A stretch of DNA of 64,000 bases from Mobula hypostoma (GCF_963921235.1 NC_086108.1:89220001-89284000); one strand, 5' to 3'. Shown: positions 49,091 to 62,810, counted from the stretch's first letter. Notes: generated by a model not told the origin, from the letters alone. A program made the numbers and translations.

Positions 49091-51375
49091 AAAGTGAGCA
49101 AATAATGAAACAAAAGAGTCAGAAGCTGGGCTGAGGTGGTAGGAGTGGGACAGGGTGGAGAGAATGCAGTTTGATTGATGGTAGTTATAGCTGTGGAGGT
49201 TGGAGATTTTGAGAAAGAATTATCTGCACCTCCTACAAGAAGGAAATCATAGCTGAAATCCATATGGGTTTCCATGGCGACATATCTTAGTTGGAGGAGG
49301 TGAGCAGAATTGAAAGCAGGGCTGTTCAAGGTGACAAAAAATTCAGCTAGGTGGAGGAGGATGGTGGTGAATGTGAATTGGGTAATCAGCCAGAAGGAAG
49401 GAGATACTCCTAATGAGAGATGGAGGTGGAGAAAGACTTCAAATTCGAGTTGATAAACAGGTTGTCAAGGTTGAAATCATTAGCCTTGTGATGGGAGCTT
49501 AGAGGAGTCACAGGTATTTAGATAAGGTCGTAGTTCATTCAATTGTATCATTAAGCTTTAAAATCGAAAGAAAAGACATTAGAACTGATTTAAAAGCTAA
49601 TGCAAGCCAAATGGTATTACAGCTATGTTGGTGATGCTAACTATTTAGGAATGAAACATGAAAAATAGTTAGTTAGGGCATAATATAGTGCTTGTGAAGT
49701 TAATTAAGTGTGTTAATCCAACCTGAGTTCAAAAACTTTGATCTTGGTTAACCCCTCCAAAACAAAACTGTTCTCTTCAGTATGGAGAGTTTCAGGCATA
49801 TAATAGAGATGCATTATCAAATACAGGTCACTGAAAGGAAGGCTTCGGAAAGTGTCACATTCAGGTTCATCAGTATAAAGCAATACTCTTCATTAACTCA
49901 AAAACTAATAAGGAGCTTACCTTCTGGATATTATCATTTAATAACATTTAAGAACTTAGCAGGAGCATCTAAATACTACTTAATACGTGAATTCCTTTTC
50001 TGGTTAGAAGCACAACAAGTAAAATCGCCCTGCCAATCTAAGCTCCATATGGCAACTGGCACCTTTATCCACTGTCTCGACTTAACTCTTATGCACTCAT
50101 GCGCAAGTATTCTGTAAGCATAGATACCTCAGACTACTGTGATTCAATGGTGAAAGGTTTTCAACACATGAATCCTTACAGCATCCAGCTGGGAATCATA
50201 AGACCTGACATTTAAAGCTCTATATTTTAAAAATTAATGATTAATTGCAGACTTGAGCTTGATAAACTGGATTTTCAAATGTTTTCCTCCCCTACCCGGG
50301 AGCTAAGGCAGAACAATTCCCCAGGGGGAGTGCTGTCTGCGTCCAGAATTACAATCACTTCAATGTCCTAATTAAAAGTCGTTAAATTTGCGCTGGGGCG
50401 TTGGCATTGCAGGAGCAAAGTTAAAAATCCTGATTCAATTGGGAATGGCGAATGAAGATTTTAAGAAATGTGATCTTAATCTTGTGATCATCAAATCAAT
50501 TAGTCATATTGGCCAGGCATTCTGCTGTAGGGTTCACATATAAGGATAACACTTGAAACTGGAAACAATAGAAATGCTCAATAAAATCCATCTTCTGCAT
50601 TGGGATATTAAGCTAAGGCATCCAGCTTGGATAGAAAATAAATCCCACACAAAATCTTCTTAAAGGAAAATGATTAAAAATAGAAATGTTCTATGGTCAT
50701 CATTTACAGCAATGACAGTTGTATCAGTCTAAAGAAAATACGGGCAAATTGGAGGTGACTTTTAGGTTTTTATCAAATAAATTGAAAAAGATTCAGGCCC
50801 TATCCATATAATGACAATAAATACACCAGATATAATTGATTTACTGCATTAGAAAATCCTGAGAATATGATAAAATTCTACATAAATGATTGTCATCACT
50901 TTGTGTTCTAAGCTTTACTTGTAATACTGTGATGGATATAATGGAATAATATAATATATTCTGGCAATATGTTTAGTTAGAGGGTTATAATAAACAGAAG
51001 TAAAATATACATAAGTGAATTGTATAATATGGGAATAAATACATGTTGTTTGTGATATGCAGAAGATTAAATTTGTCATTAATTCTCCCCGAGGTGAGCT
51101 AATGACTTTGCCAAGACACTTAGTTTGGGAGGATCACTGCGAAACCAACTGCACTATTCTTGGTATTCATTCTCCCCATTATCTACTAAATTGCAGAAAT
51201 GAGGCACTAAAATAAAATATCCCTTTTATGAAATTCGTTTACCATATGCCATTGATCTGCAGCTCCAAACACTTGAGCAGAATCCCCACAGAAAAAAAAA
51301 GTTCACCACTAGCAATAAATCTCTGCCAGTCATTGTGATTTATTTCAAGGCTTAGTGCCAGCATTAATGTACAAT

Positions 51376-51946
51376 GTCAGAGGCTATTTGAGGCGCACGC
51401 CATTAGGAGCATTTAATAGGTAGTGGGAGCCTCAAATAGCCTCTGATAACCAAGGCCAGATCCTAGCCTTCATGTGTGGTTTAGCTTCTAAGCCTGCAGA
51501 ACTATTTCTACTGACAGAAGAAGAAGCAAAGACGGACTACTGGCAGCTTAAAACCAGTCGCTTCAGGCAGATGGGGCTCGTCAGCTATGGTGGGCAGTTC
51601 ATCTAGGAGTATGTAGACTCTGATCTCAAACCTGCACTGCCTTGCAGCTTTACCCACTCATGGGGAAGGCTTTGGGAGTAAACTCCGAGGGAAAAAGCCA
51701 GAGCTGGATTTCCTAAGGCGGTCCTACATTGAGTTTAATGCTGACTGACAGCTCCTGTGATGCTGCTGCTACTAAACTGTATTGGTCTCTGCCGTTCCTT
51801 TGGGTTCATCAGATGTGTGGAGGGGGGAGCTTGGTAAATGAGCAACAGCTTGCTTTACATCTCGTACTGCCCAAGCTTGTGTACCTAGACAGCTGTGACG
51901 CAATATCCGTGGTCAACTCTGACATTAAGGCCTCAACTTAACACAC
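51376..51946 (+). mobile_element. Non-coding RTE-type short retroposon, family B, copy 2, with inverted 5' segment
   Basis: 10-bp TSD aatgtacaat (51366-51375 and 51947-51956). Similar to 8845-9545. Confidence 0.8.
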
Positions 51947-53034
51947 AATGTACAATCTATTCAAATATAAACTTTTCCCTAGAAAACTTAACTAATCAGT
52001 TATATGAAAGACAAAATCCTGATTTAATAGTCCTGTTCAATCCTTTTTAGACAAATATGTTCCCTTATTTCAGGTCTTTCTTTAACTGTTTTTTGACATC
52101 TTTGTGCACACTTCTGAAAGTTTCACAGGATAAGAGCACAGAAAGTTAGAGTCACCCCTCAAAGCTCACTAAAAGTGACCAGTTGACATCCATCTACTTG
52201 CTCGATTTTGGTAGGTGCTCTTATGGTTTACAGATCAGTTGCCCACCAATGTACTTCCCAAGTATGATGAGGCTTTCAACCTCCACTACCTTTTGATACA
52301 GGTTCAAAATCCACGCAACTCTACGAGCTACTACCGTCAGGTTCTTGAATGAAACTGAATAATAGTAATCCATTAGCACTAACCAAGTGAAGCCATTGTC
52401 TTCATTTCCCACCAGCACCAACTTCATTTCATCGACACAATTTCTGATTTCTTCCTGTAACTAACAATGAACTTTTGTTCACAATCTTTGCATTCTATAT
52501 TCATGCTAATATCTGAAATTTATTTGATGATAATCTTCCAAAAGATATCTGAGCATTTCACTAAGTCAAAGTCAGGATCAACTTAAAAAACTTTTCATGA
52601 TTCAAGATTTAATATAGTTTATTGTCATTCTTCAGTACATGTGTTTAAAGACCAAAATCAAGTCAAGTTTACTGTCATTTAACTATATACATGTACATCG
52701 TCAAATGAGACAACATTTCTCTGAACCAGGGCGTAAAGCACAGTGGTACACATAACACACATATAACACGTAATATCTTAGGAAGGTAAGTATAAAATCT
52801 GCAGACGAATTATGCATAAATAAACAAAATTAAATGAATAAGTTAAATTTTTTCAGGTATAGAACAGATGAACCAGTGACACTTTGAATGCAAATTTATT
52901 TTTATTCCTCGTAAATGCAGCATAAGAAAACACTATCAACATAAAACCACAATAAAAAAACACGACACAACGAATATAAATAGAAGCAATCCTATAAAAC
53001 ACAAAATACAAGTATCTGTTATATACATAGACAG

Positions 53035-53773
53035 ACAGATGCAGAGGGACTTGGGAGTCCTTGTGGAGCCCACCCAGAAGGTGAACTCACAGGTTGAATT
53101 GGTGATGAGGAAGGCAAATGCCATATTAGCATTCATTTCAAGCGGTCTAGAATACAAGAGCAAGGATGTGATGCTGAGGCTTTATGAGGCAATGGTGAGG
53201 CCTCACCTTGAGTATTGTGAACAGTTTTGGGCTCCTCATCTTAGAAAAGATGTGCTGGTGTTGGAGAGAGTCCAGAGGAGGTTCACAAGGATGATTCCAG
53301 GAATGAAAGGTTTATCATACAAGGAATGTTTGATGGCTCTGGGTCTGTACTCGCTGGAATTCAGAAGGATGAGGGGGGATCTCATTGAAACCTTTCGAAT
53401 GTTGGAAGGACTAGACAGAGGAGATGTGGAAAGGATGTTTCCCGTGGTGGGAGAGTCAAGGACAAGAGGACACAGCCTCAGGATAGAGTGGCGTCCATTC
53501 AAAACAGAGATGCAGAGAAATTTCTTTAGCCAAAAGGTGGCGAATTTGTGGAACTTGTTGCCACAGGCAGCTGTGGAGGCCAGGTCATTGGGTGCATTTA
53601 AGGCAAAGATTGATGGATTTTTGATTGGACATGGCATCAAAGGTTACAGGGAGAAGGCTGGAAACTGGAGTTGAGGAGGAGATAGAAAAAAATGAATAGC
53701 CATGATTGAATGGCGGAGCTGACTCGAAGGGCCAGATAACTTAATTCTACTCCTATGTCTTATGGTCTTATGG
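53035..53773 (+). mobile_element. 5'-truncated CR1
   Basis: ORF 53039-53674 (QRDLGV, RPHLEYC..FWAP, RTRGH) and (tcttatgg)n tail. Confidence 0.9.
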
Positions 53774-55591
53774 ACTGTATGTGGATAAAGTGACGCCAGG
53801 TGATATTGCATTATTTGTACATTTTTGTTACTCTCATTATCATTTTAAAATGACAAAGAAGATCTCATAAGACAGTGAGCCAATGGGCTAGAAAACTCCT
53901 GCAACATCATTTTGTATTTCAGTTGTATTATCCTACAACTGTGTTTGGGGTATCATTATCTGAGGGCTTGAGATAATCCTTTTATGTTGCCATAGGCTAC
54001 TCCTTTCTAGTGGCCTTGGGGGGAAGTAAGATATCAGAGAGTGGAAGAGAGAAGAATAATAGAGATGGAACTTTCTTTACTTTGACTATCTACTTATAAT
54101 TTTGTTTCTATGTACAAATGCATGTTTCCATCACCCTCAAGGAACACACTAATTTATCTTACAAGGGCAATTAGATTACTAATTTATAATCAAGGTTTTC
54201 GAATCAAAACTTTGCAGATTTAAATCAGTTTAACTGGAAAACTTCTACTGGCCTAATTGTTTCCTACGGATACAAAATATTGCATTATAAAGCCCAAACC
54301 TTTGCTTGTGTTCAGTGTTTTACATTTCATTTCCATACATACTGTATACCTGATCAATTTGTAGCAGGAATTCCCAGAAAAGAGAATGCGCTGGTCTGTT
54401 ATGATTTTCCTTCATATTCATGGCAGTCACATATGATAATAACATTCACAATTTTAATTTGTGGCTGTAAGGTAGCAATACAGTATGTTCTATTGTATTC
54501 TGAAAGAAGATTACTGGACAAAATTAAATGCTGCGTCGTAATATCAGAGATATTACAAAGATAGAGAAGAGTGATTCCATGAGGGATTTGAAAATAAGAA
54601 AACAACGCCTTCCTAAAGACTAGGAGTCAATATTCTTTCATTTAAATGTGTGCTGCACATATACAAAATATCCCCTATTTAGTCAAGTAGTCAGGTAGTG
54701 ATTATTATTTTTCAAAAGGGATCGATATGATTTGCATTTGAATTGCTTAACACCATCTGCTTCCATCACCTCCCTTGGGAGTCCATTCTACGTTTGTTGA
54801 ATTGATGTTTCCATAAATGAGTTTCGAGTTCAACAACCATTTTGTCTTCTGTTGCTAAGTAGGACAAACAGCTTGTATAAGTGTCCACTAACCGAACAAC
54901 TTGAACATAAAGCTGTCATATCCACTTTTCCTTTCTAATTGAGACAGTCATTCATCATAAGGTGATGCGTTCAGATGCTCTTCCTCTTGTAACTCTCTCA
55001 CCGGGGCTCATATACAAACTTGGCTCGTTAACTAACGAGCCAACAGCCACATGACTCAGCGGTTAGAAGGCCACCTTTCATAAACGATATATGTCTAAGG
55101 TCAGTATGATTTGGTGTTTAACCAAACAGGAAAGTTCCACTGAAGGAAGATTGATAGCAGTGAATGCAGCGTAAATACTGCTCCATGCAAAGTTATCATT
55201 CGCCAGAAAATTAACAGATCCTACTCTGGTATAAACTTATAAAGAAATATATTTACCAAATTTACAGTTCAGAAAAAAGGAACAAAAATTAAAAGGGCCC
55301 ATTACAGTTAAACCAGTTCAATGTGTGCATAAGCACTGGAGCTAATTTCTGGAGTAGTCGGGGGTATATCGATTTACTTGCACCCAGAACCAGTAGTCTG
55401 CATGAAAGCACCTGCCACAGCCTGAACTTCCCTTAAAGACCATCTCGAATGAACTGGCTTTCTCAGGAGTATTGGCCCTTCCTCCTTGGAGCCGTTCATT
55501 AGTGCAAAGCACTTCTTACAATGGAGACTCTCCATCCAGCGGCGTTCTGCGGCATCTTCCTTTGTGCCCCGCCCTGCAGCTCCCACCAAAA

Positions 55592-56662
55592 TCAGAAGAG
55601 CCCAAGCTAGAATTGAACTGAAAGTACACGTGGACTAAGGTGTTAACAGTCCTGTGCTATCACCAGTGGGATCATCAGTTGATCTGCCACCTGTCTTCAG
55701 GAGTTTCGGCCTGCTTATGATCAAGACTCCCTCAAGGTGGTGGGCCAGCAGTGCTAAAGCACCACCTCCCACTGGTGAGCTTAAAAACTTGGCATCTGCC
55801 TCTATCAGAGTTGTTGGTCACTTCCATCCAACAGATGGTCTGTTCTTCAGGTGTCTATCCAACTACTGAAGGGTTTGCAAGATATGTATACACTGTCTGA
55901 CTATCCGCCCCTCTGGACATACTTGGTCCACACTCATGCTGATCCTTTCTCTGCTGCCTCAGCTGCAGCCCTGCTGGTTGACCTAATCTCTCTTCTAGTG
56001 AAGCCAAGGTCATGCAGCCACTTCTAGAAAGTGAACGCAATAAAGCCACGGCAGCCTACTTCGAATGGATAGCATGAGACCTTCCACCCTCTGTCTCTGC
56101 ACGCTGATCTTAATTCTGCATGCTTGGTTAACTTGCGCTGATGGACTTCATCGATGTTGTCTTCCCAGGGGACTGTGAGTTCACCAATAACCGCTTCTCT
56201 ACTGGTGTCAGACCATACGATTATATCTGGACGCAATGTGGTGAAAGCTATTTGCTCCGGGACACTGCCTTTCCCATCCAGGTCAGCCTTGACACACCAA
56301 CCATTGGCTGAAGAAAGTATGCTTGATCGTGAGCCTATGCTGCACACCTTTGACTTGGAGCTTTCTTTCACAAGTGATATGCGATGTTCTGTGCAGCATG
56401 GGGCATGAGATAAGTTGTGCTGCAGTACTCTCTGCTCAACCGCTTCTGTTACAACTTTGAGAACATTGTTATGTCTCCAGGTGTACGTGCCGCTGGAAAG
56501 ATTAACTCTGCATGCACTCAAAATATGTTGAAGTGTTCCCTTCTCGCCACAAGCAGCACAGCTGTCTGTCTTATCTTCATACCAGGTGCTGAGGTTGGCA
56601 GGTGTTGGGAGCAGATCGTACGCTGCCCTGTATAGAAAAGAAATGCGGAGCGGTTCCATCTG
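55592..56662 (-). mobile_element. 5'-truncated Hero-type RLE retrotransposon (family 2) inside the LTR
   Basis: ORF 56024-56668: YDLLPTPANL..W, CAACGEKGTLQHILSAC, TWRHN, RPDIIVWS, ELTVPWED, PFEVGCRGF. Candidate TSD ccac(c/a)aaaa. Confidence 0.85.
55665..55740 (-). ncRNA. Candidate pseudoknotted hammerhead-like RNA motif (Hero family 2)
   Basis: RNA: CCACCU-UGA-GGGAG-UC|UUGAUC-AUAAGCAGGCC-GAAA-CUCCU-GAAGAC-AGGUGG-CA-GAUCAA-CUGAUGA. Confidence 0.55.
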
Positions 56663-57599
56663 CCACAAAAACTATCCTTCAGAAATCTGCTCCTGCCCAG
56701 TACTCTCTGATGTTCTTCTGGGCAGAAAATTACAACACATACCAAGAAAACCCTGATCAGCTAACATCACATTCCTAAACTAGACAACATGGCTCCTTAG
56801 CTTTAACCAAAGTCAAAACACTCTGGCTAGTAGGACACATTGCTTTTACAGAAAACTGCTAAAATAAAAATACCTCACAGCATAGCAGTAGAAATCTTAC
56901 CCAGGGGATTATATTCTCTCCCCACTGAAAATTGTCAAGCCCTCATGCCTTTGGGACTTCTTAAACCATTATTAATAACACAGTAGTCAAATGAATTTCA
57001 TGATTTCATGACCCCAATCTATTTTTTAATGGAAGTATCATATCTCACATATGATGCAATACTCTGTTTCCACAGTGCCTCATATGCCAACCTACCTGGT
57101 GGTTTCCTGACTCTCTGAGACATCTCATCTTCAGCTTCTTCCACTTCAATCACTCTTTGTGACCATTCCTCTCGACTAGAAGATGCCTCTCCCTGTCCTT
57201 CACTCGTATCTTCCAGCTGCTCAGGTCCCCCTGCCACCTGACAGAAATCAACTTCGTCCCCAATTGTGTTGGAGCCCAGTTTCACCTCACTGTCTATTAT
57301 CACGTTTGACTGCTCACTTCTTCTTCTCCCCACTTTATCTGAGTCAGGACAGGGAGATTCAGACATCTCTTCATCAATTCTTGAGGAGTTTGTATGCATA
57401 CCATACTCCCATTTCCTCGCCCTCTGAGTCTGTACAATGTTCAGTGGTTGGTTCCTTTTCAAGATTTCCACTGAAATCACACTATTGTAGCTGTTTGCTT
57501 TTCTGTTCTTCCTCTGTGCAGATTTCTCCTAGATGTCAGGCTCTGGGTCAACACATACGTCCCGCCCTAGGAGTAAAAGATGATTCCAATGGAGAATTT

Positions 57600-59375
57600 T
57601 GATTTCCATCCTCTGGCTCCACCCGGAAAACTGGCAAATTTGGCATCTGGCTCTCCACTACGTAAGGCATAGCAACCCAGCGATGGCCAACTTATGCTTC
57701 CCTTGTAACCCTAAATTTCTTATTAGAACTCTGTCTTCAGGCATCAGTTGATGGAACCTAATCTTTTGATCATATCCGTTCTTGTTTCCTTGGATTTGCT
57801 TGGTAGCAGAAACTGCTGCTAGCTCATAAACTTTTTGCAGTTCTTCCCTCATGTCAGACGTATACTTGAGATATGTTTTCTGCAGCAGGTCTTCGCTGCC
57901 AGTTCCAAAACAGAGAGCTACAGGTAATCTTACTCCATGTCCGAACTTCAAATAGTATGGGGAGTAGCCAATGGCTTCATTCTGTGTACAGTTGTAGCGG
58001 TGTATACCAAATGCCCAAAATGCTGACACCACTTGTTCATTTTGCTGATATCCTGAGTTCTGAACATGTCTAACAATGTCTGGTTGAACCTTTCAGGCTG
58101 GGGATCACCCTGAGGGCAATATGGCGTAGTCCTTGACTTCCTGTCTCCAAGCACGACCAGTAACTCATGTATGAGCTGACTCTCAAAATCCCTTCTCTGA
58201 TCACTGTATATCTTTCTTGGGATACTTCTCCCATAACACTTTGGCAACTGTGGACGCTCTCTGATCCTTCATCCGGAAGGCTTGAGCATATCTGGTGTAG
58301 TGATCTGTGATGACCAAGGCATTTGCAGCATTACTGTAATCAGGCTTTCTGGAGAGGAAATCCATACACAGTAAATCGAGTGGTCCCATACTTTGTAAAT
58401 GAGATAATGGAGCAACTCTTGTAGGCAGCATTTTTGCCTTTGAATACATCAAATGCATGACTTAGAGTACTTTTCAACCTCAGACTTCATTGGAGGCCAA
58501 TAGAAATGATCTCGGACCAACTCGAAGGTCTTGTCAAACCCCAAATGACCTGAATCATCATGAAGTGACTTCAACACCATCTTCCAATACTTCTCAGGTA
58601 AAACTAACTGGGAACGTTTAGGTCTGTCTGAAGTAGACATGACCCTGTATAAAACTTTGTTCCTCAACTCCAGTTTGTCCCATTCCCTCATCAGTAGGGG
58701 TATGATAGAGTGTTTTGTCTTCTCAACTTGGGCCATATCCCATTTGATAACAGATGACCAAATGGCACCTGTATAAGGGTTGTCTTGCTGGGCTGCTGCC
58801 AATTCTGCAGGACTCAAGGCAGGCAACTGCTTTGTATTCAGAGTTGTCAAGTTGTAATATGCTTGTGGAATGGCATAGCTAGAAGCTCCAGAATGATCCA
58901 CCGTTCTATCAGACGATAGCATTTGTTCTGATTTCCCTACTGTAGAAAACTGGCACATTGCTTCAGCACCAGAGAGAGGAAAGTCCTCCCACTCTCCATC
59001 CATTTCCAGCACCCCATGTGAATGCCGTGACAATGCATCCACATCAAGATTCTGACTCCCCGGCTGATATTCAAGGCTGAAATCATAAGCAGACAGCACC
59101 ACCAGCCAGCTATGACCTGTAACATCTGACTTTGCTAAGGTCAGAATATGGGTCATTGAATTGTTGTCAGACTTCACCTTGAACTTGGCATCACATAGAT
59201 AGTCACTTAACTTATCCACCACTGCCATTTCAATGCCAGAATCTCCAATTAGTGTGTAGGATAGTTTTGTTCAGATGGTAACAGACCGGCTAACAGAGGT
59301 AACAGGTCTAAACCCTTTACCTTGGTCCTGATATAGAACACTGCCTAATCCCTCATGGCTGGCATCTGTATGCAG
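57600..59375 (-). pseudogene. Gypsy pol remnant: RNase H end and integrase
   Basis: LHDDSGHLG.DKT..LV...FYWP.M, CMDF, DHYTRYAQAF, YSDQ.RDFES, TTPY.PQG..QPERFNQTL, GYSPY.L.FG; frameshifted. Confidence 0.85.
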
Positions 59376-60572
59376 TGCCTACGATGGAAGTTCCCATTTG
59401 CTTCAAAAAGGCAACAATTATACCAGTGCCTAAGAAGAATAATGTGGGCTGCCTTAATGACTATCACCCGGTTCCACTCACGTCGACAGTGATGAAATGT
59501 TTTGAGAGGTTGGTCATGACTAGACTGAACTCCTGCCTCAGCAAGGACTTGGACCCACTGCAACTTGCCTATCACCAAAATAGGTCAATGGCAGATGCAA
59601 TCTTAATGGCTCTCCACACTGCTTTAGACCCTGGACAACACAAATATCTACCTCAGAATGCTGTTCATTGACTGTAGCTCAGCATTTAATACCATCATTC
59701 CCACAATCCTGATTGAGACGTTGCAGAACCTGGGCCTCTGTACCTCCCTCTGCAATTGGATCCTCGACTTCCTAACCCAAAAACCACAATCTGTGGAGAT
59801 TGGTAATAACACATCCTCCTCGCTGACAGTTCACATTGGCGAACCTCATGGGTGTGTGCTTAGTCCACTGCTCTGCTCTCTATATACATATGACCGTGTG
59901 GCTAGGCATAGCTTAAATACCATCTATAAATTTGCTGACGATACAACCATTGTTGGTAGAATCTCAGGTGGTGACGAGAGGACGTACAGAAGTGAGATAT
60001 GCCAACTAGTGGAATGGTGCTGCAGCAACAACCTTGCACTCAATGTCAGTAAGACGGAAGAAATGATTGTGGATTTCAGGAAGGGTAAGATGAAGGAACA
60101 CATACCAATCCCCATGGAGGGATCAGGGTTGAGAGAATGAGCAGCTTCAAGTTCCTGGGTGTCAAGATCTCTGAGGATCTAACCTGGTCCCAACATTTCA
60201 ATGTAGTTATAAAGAAGGCAAGACAGCGGCTATACTTTATTAGGAGATTCAGGAGATTTGGCATGTCAACAAATACACTCAAGAACTTCTATAGTTGTAC
60301 TGTGGAGAGCATTCTGACAGGCTACATCACTGTCTGGTATGGAGGGGCTACTGCACAGGACCGAAAGAAGCTGCAGAAAGTTGTAAATCTAGTCAGCTCC
60401 ATCTTGGGCACTAGCCTACAAAGTACCCAGGACACCTTTAGGGAGCGGTGTCTCAGAAAGGCAACATCCATTATTAAGGACCTCCTGCACCTAGGGCATG
60501 CCCTTTTCTCACTGTTACCATCAGGTAGGAGGTACAGAACCCAGTGATAATAAGCCTGATTCTGATCCTGAA
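59376..60572 (+). mobile_element. Rex1/Babar-like LINE fragment inserted in Gypsy pol
   Basis: CFKKATIIPVPKK..CLNDY.PV.LTS.VMKCFERLV, KFADDTT, FKFLGV, KARQRLYF; tail ctgattctgat. Confidence 0.85.
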
Positions 60573-61439
60573 CTGGGAGTTTGCACAGGAGCTTTATTCA
60601 GCACCTCTTTCAGCAGCTAAAATACTTCTTCACACTTTGCATTCTATCTCTCCCCGAAAGGTTCCGAAGGGCTATGATAAACCTTGCCTTCTTCTCCTTT
60701 CGTTCTCTTCCCTTTCTTCTCCAAGGGAGGTTAACCGCACAGAAGTTGATTCTCCAGTAGTACCCACAGAATCCAAGGAATGAACATAGGGCCCTCCCAT
60801 TCTTGGGCCTTGGCCATGTGGTGACCGCTTCTATCTGGGACAGATCCATAGCCACTCCATCCTCTGCAAGCAACATAGTTTACTAATGTTTTACAGAGAT
60901 GGCAATTCTCCAGTGACAGTTTCAAATCTTCAACTTTCAGGCAGTCTAGCACCTTCAGTAGCCTTGTTTCATGCTCCTCCAGTGTTGACCCGAACATTCT
61001 GAGATCATCCTAGTACACCAGTACCTTAAGCAGGTTCATGCCCCCAACAGTCTTCTCTGTGACACATTGCAAAGTAACCAGTGCTACTGATCAGCTACGC
61101 CAACATCACCTTATGAAACTCCTGTTGCAATGATAAGTAACCATCATACAGGTAATCATTAGAACTAAACCCAGAGATTTCTAGGGCACTGAGTGGCATC
61201 AGTGGTAAATGTGTCAAATACCAGCTGTAAAAGGATCTGCAAATTAAAGTAACTTGAGAACCTGTATCAAGTATGGCTCAAGCATAAATGCCTTCAATCT
61301 GTACGGATACATCTGAGCTTGGTTCCACTAAGCCTTCAGGAACATGGTTTTACACTCTAGTATTTTCCTTGATACCTTGATTGGAATGTGTTCTCTCCAA
61401 GATGCCAGGCCATTCCTTTTTTGGGTCCCTCTGACATTT

Positions 61440-62810
61440 TGCTTTTTTCCTTCTCTGTTTGATTAACCGCTGACTTACATTTTACAGATTTTCGTGTCCC
61501 TCACAGTTCTGCTTGAAATGTTCATCTTCTCCACAATTGTAACTGAAAATACCAGTCACCTCTCTGGTCAAAGGACCCTTTTCAGCAGCATTCCTCCGCT
61601 TAGTAAGTCCTTGGGTTGGTTGGGTTTCCCAATGGATATGTCACGTTTAGCTGAAACGTTTAGCAGACATCCATCAAGTTAGTTCGGCTCGAAGGCTTTT
61701 CACCTCATTCCTCAAAAGCTCTGTCTCTGTGGCATCGGGTTCAGCAACAGAGGCTACCACTGAAGACATTACTCGGCTTTCGGAAATCTTCTGCTTCTCA
61801 ATCATGTTTTCCTCCTCTCTAACTCCTCTGAGTTACTCAGTATAAGATGGAGGAGGGCGCATTTTGTGGGCCACTCGAATACTCGTGCCATGTGAGAGTG
61901 CGCCCTTCACAACTTGCTTCACCCTGAAGGAATTTCTCTCAGACAGTTGAATGCCCCCTTTGTGGCACAAATATTACAGCAATTTCTCCAATTTGAAAAC
62001 GTAGGCAGACAGCTTCTCTTTTTCTTCCTGGAATGTGTGTCTAAACTTCATCTTGAGATCAGCTGAACTTTCAGCAGTGCCAAAAGCATCTTCCAGAGCT
62101 TGCAGGTAATCAGCTGATGGGGTTAATGGGTTTTCTGCCTTTAGGAACCTCACTGTATCAGCTGTCGAACCCTTTAAACTCTCTACCACTTTCTCTTTTT
62201 TCATGTTATCTGAGCATTGCCATAAGTCCAGTAACTGAGATGTCTGCTCAGCCCAATCTTCATATTCTTCCTCCCCATTGAGTGTGGGCTTAAACACTAG
62301 AGAACATTCTCAGCCTATGATAACTTTGGCTTTCTGCAGGTACACCTTGGTATTTATCAACCAGTGATGGAATAGCCAAAGCCAGCATAGGACTTAAATC
62401 AACAGCTGACTTACTAGACTTTTGACATCAAACAGGTCCTTTCCCTCACTCTGCAGAAATGAGAACAACTTGTCCTTAAAGTCTTCACCCTAAGCTACAT
62501 ACAATTTGGCTTTAATGTCTTCATCCTCAGCTACATTCCCTCCCTCCTCTAAAAATATCAACTGCCCATGACTCTTCCTCGTCAAGCTCTCCTATCTTAT
62601 CAGACAGCGTGACTTCAGTCATGTCACTGAGAGTCTGGACGACTGTCAAAACACTGTACAATCAGCTTAATTTTCCTGAATACCTTTACAGAATTCAGCA
62701 CTCTAGGTAGCAGTTCATCAGTAATTCTAATATCCACCCCACTCAGAACACAAGTATTACCTATGATATTCTCTTCAAATCACACCAAAGCATAAGCTCC
62801 ATGGCATCCA
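61440..62810 (-). pseudogene. Gypsy gag remnant (PNMA-like capsid plus CCHC knuckle)
   Basis: ORF 61974-62297 (GEEEYEDW.EQ...W..SD..K...VESLKG, AL..AFG, F..TFQ...EKLSAYV.KLE.LL). Zn-knuckle-like YNCGEDEHFKQNC near 61505-61545. Confidence 0.75.

Larger units (their letters stand above)
54988..56913 (-). repeat. Gypsy 3' LTR (contains Hero insertion)
   Basis: tgtaactctctcacc...cttacccaggggattata matches 62946-63479 at both ends. Confidence 0.85.

Noticed and set aside
49782..50117. 111-aa ORF in unique DNA
   Set aside because: No recognisable domain or exon support; the length is compatible with chance.
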